Positions 63,818-64,000 of a DNA stretch of 64,000 bases are shown piece by piece. Source of the stretch: Atractiella rhizophila (Eukaryota); the NCBI GenBank assembly GCA_021432655.1, contig MU271196.1:1-64000 (forward strand), given 5' to 3'. The notes below the pieces were generated by a model. The model was not told where the DNA came from. It saw only the letters and a list, made by a program, of their open reading frames with translations, and made no database searches. Position 1 is the stretch's first letter. Each line of letters begins with the position of its first letter. Both the position numbers and the translations under genes were made by a program.

Positions 63818-64000
63818 ATGCAATACCCAGGCTACCCAGTCACTATAGCCTCACAGAGAAAAGGAATACAAATAGCGAGAATTGCCTGGAAAGACTTGGA
63901 GCTGACATTGTCCCAGTGGCTTATCCGATGGGAGGCGCAGATTCTATTCGACGGTTCATTTGACGATACTATCTTCAAGAACTTTTGGACGGCAATCGCC
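63818..64000 (+). CDS. Array F-box protein, copy 4 (5' part; runs off the window)
   Basis: MQYPGYPVTIASQRKGIQIARIAWKDLELTLSQWLIRWEAQILFDGSFDDTIFKNFWTAIA... Confidence 0.7.
   Translation, partial: MQYPGYPVTIASQRKGIQIARIAWKDLELTLSQWLIRWEAQILFDGSFDDTIFKNFWTAIA

Larger units (their letters stand above)
53449..64000. repeat. Tandem array of about 3.1-3.9 kb units (F-box gene plus antisense cysteine-synthase relic); at least 3 full units and the start of a 4th
   Basis: Homologous exon 1 at about 53449, 56785, 59889 and 63818. The spacer sequence between the genes is also homologous. Confidence 0.93.

Noticed and set aside
53449..64000. Array interpreted as a transposon or LTR element
   Set aside because: I saw no transposase, RT or integrase motifs, terminal repeats or target-site duplications; the units contain ordinary spliced genes.

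Overview
Intron-rich eukaryotic genomic DNA with about 50% GC. It is almost certainly fungal and probably basidiomycete; this is inferred from short GT-AG introns with CTRAY-type branch points, frequent GTGCGT/GTTCGT/GTACGT donors, and PriA- and DUF6697-like genes. The left two thirds are a dense housekeeping neighbourhood: RPL3, PNO1, RTC4-like, TSR4, BRR6/BRL1, eIF3c, NUP85, UTP4, MsrB, RDS3, ARG1, HP1/Swi6 and VMA10. Three near-identical tandem duplications break inside genes: 341 bp inside BRR6/BRL1 (in frame); about 2.28 kb across an arrestin-like gene and MsrB, with an A37 tract at the junction; and about 1.71 kb across HP1 and VMA10, whose junction creates a new in-frame ATG for a chromoshadow-only protein. 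The right end (53.4-64 kb) is an older tandem array of at least 4 spliced F-box genes. Each has an unrecognised Trp-rich N-terminal domain; the three complete copies also show a hypervariable patch and sit tail-to-tail with a decaying cysteine-synthase relic. Three arrestin-fold genes and a fifth F-box gene make this a local cluster of likely ubiquitin-ligase adaptors. Exon boundaries were reconstructed by eye and no database search was run. The young duplications could be haplotype mis-joins, and two short stretches look like poor-quality sequence. No tRNA, rRNA, CRISPR array or intact transposon was recognised.
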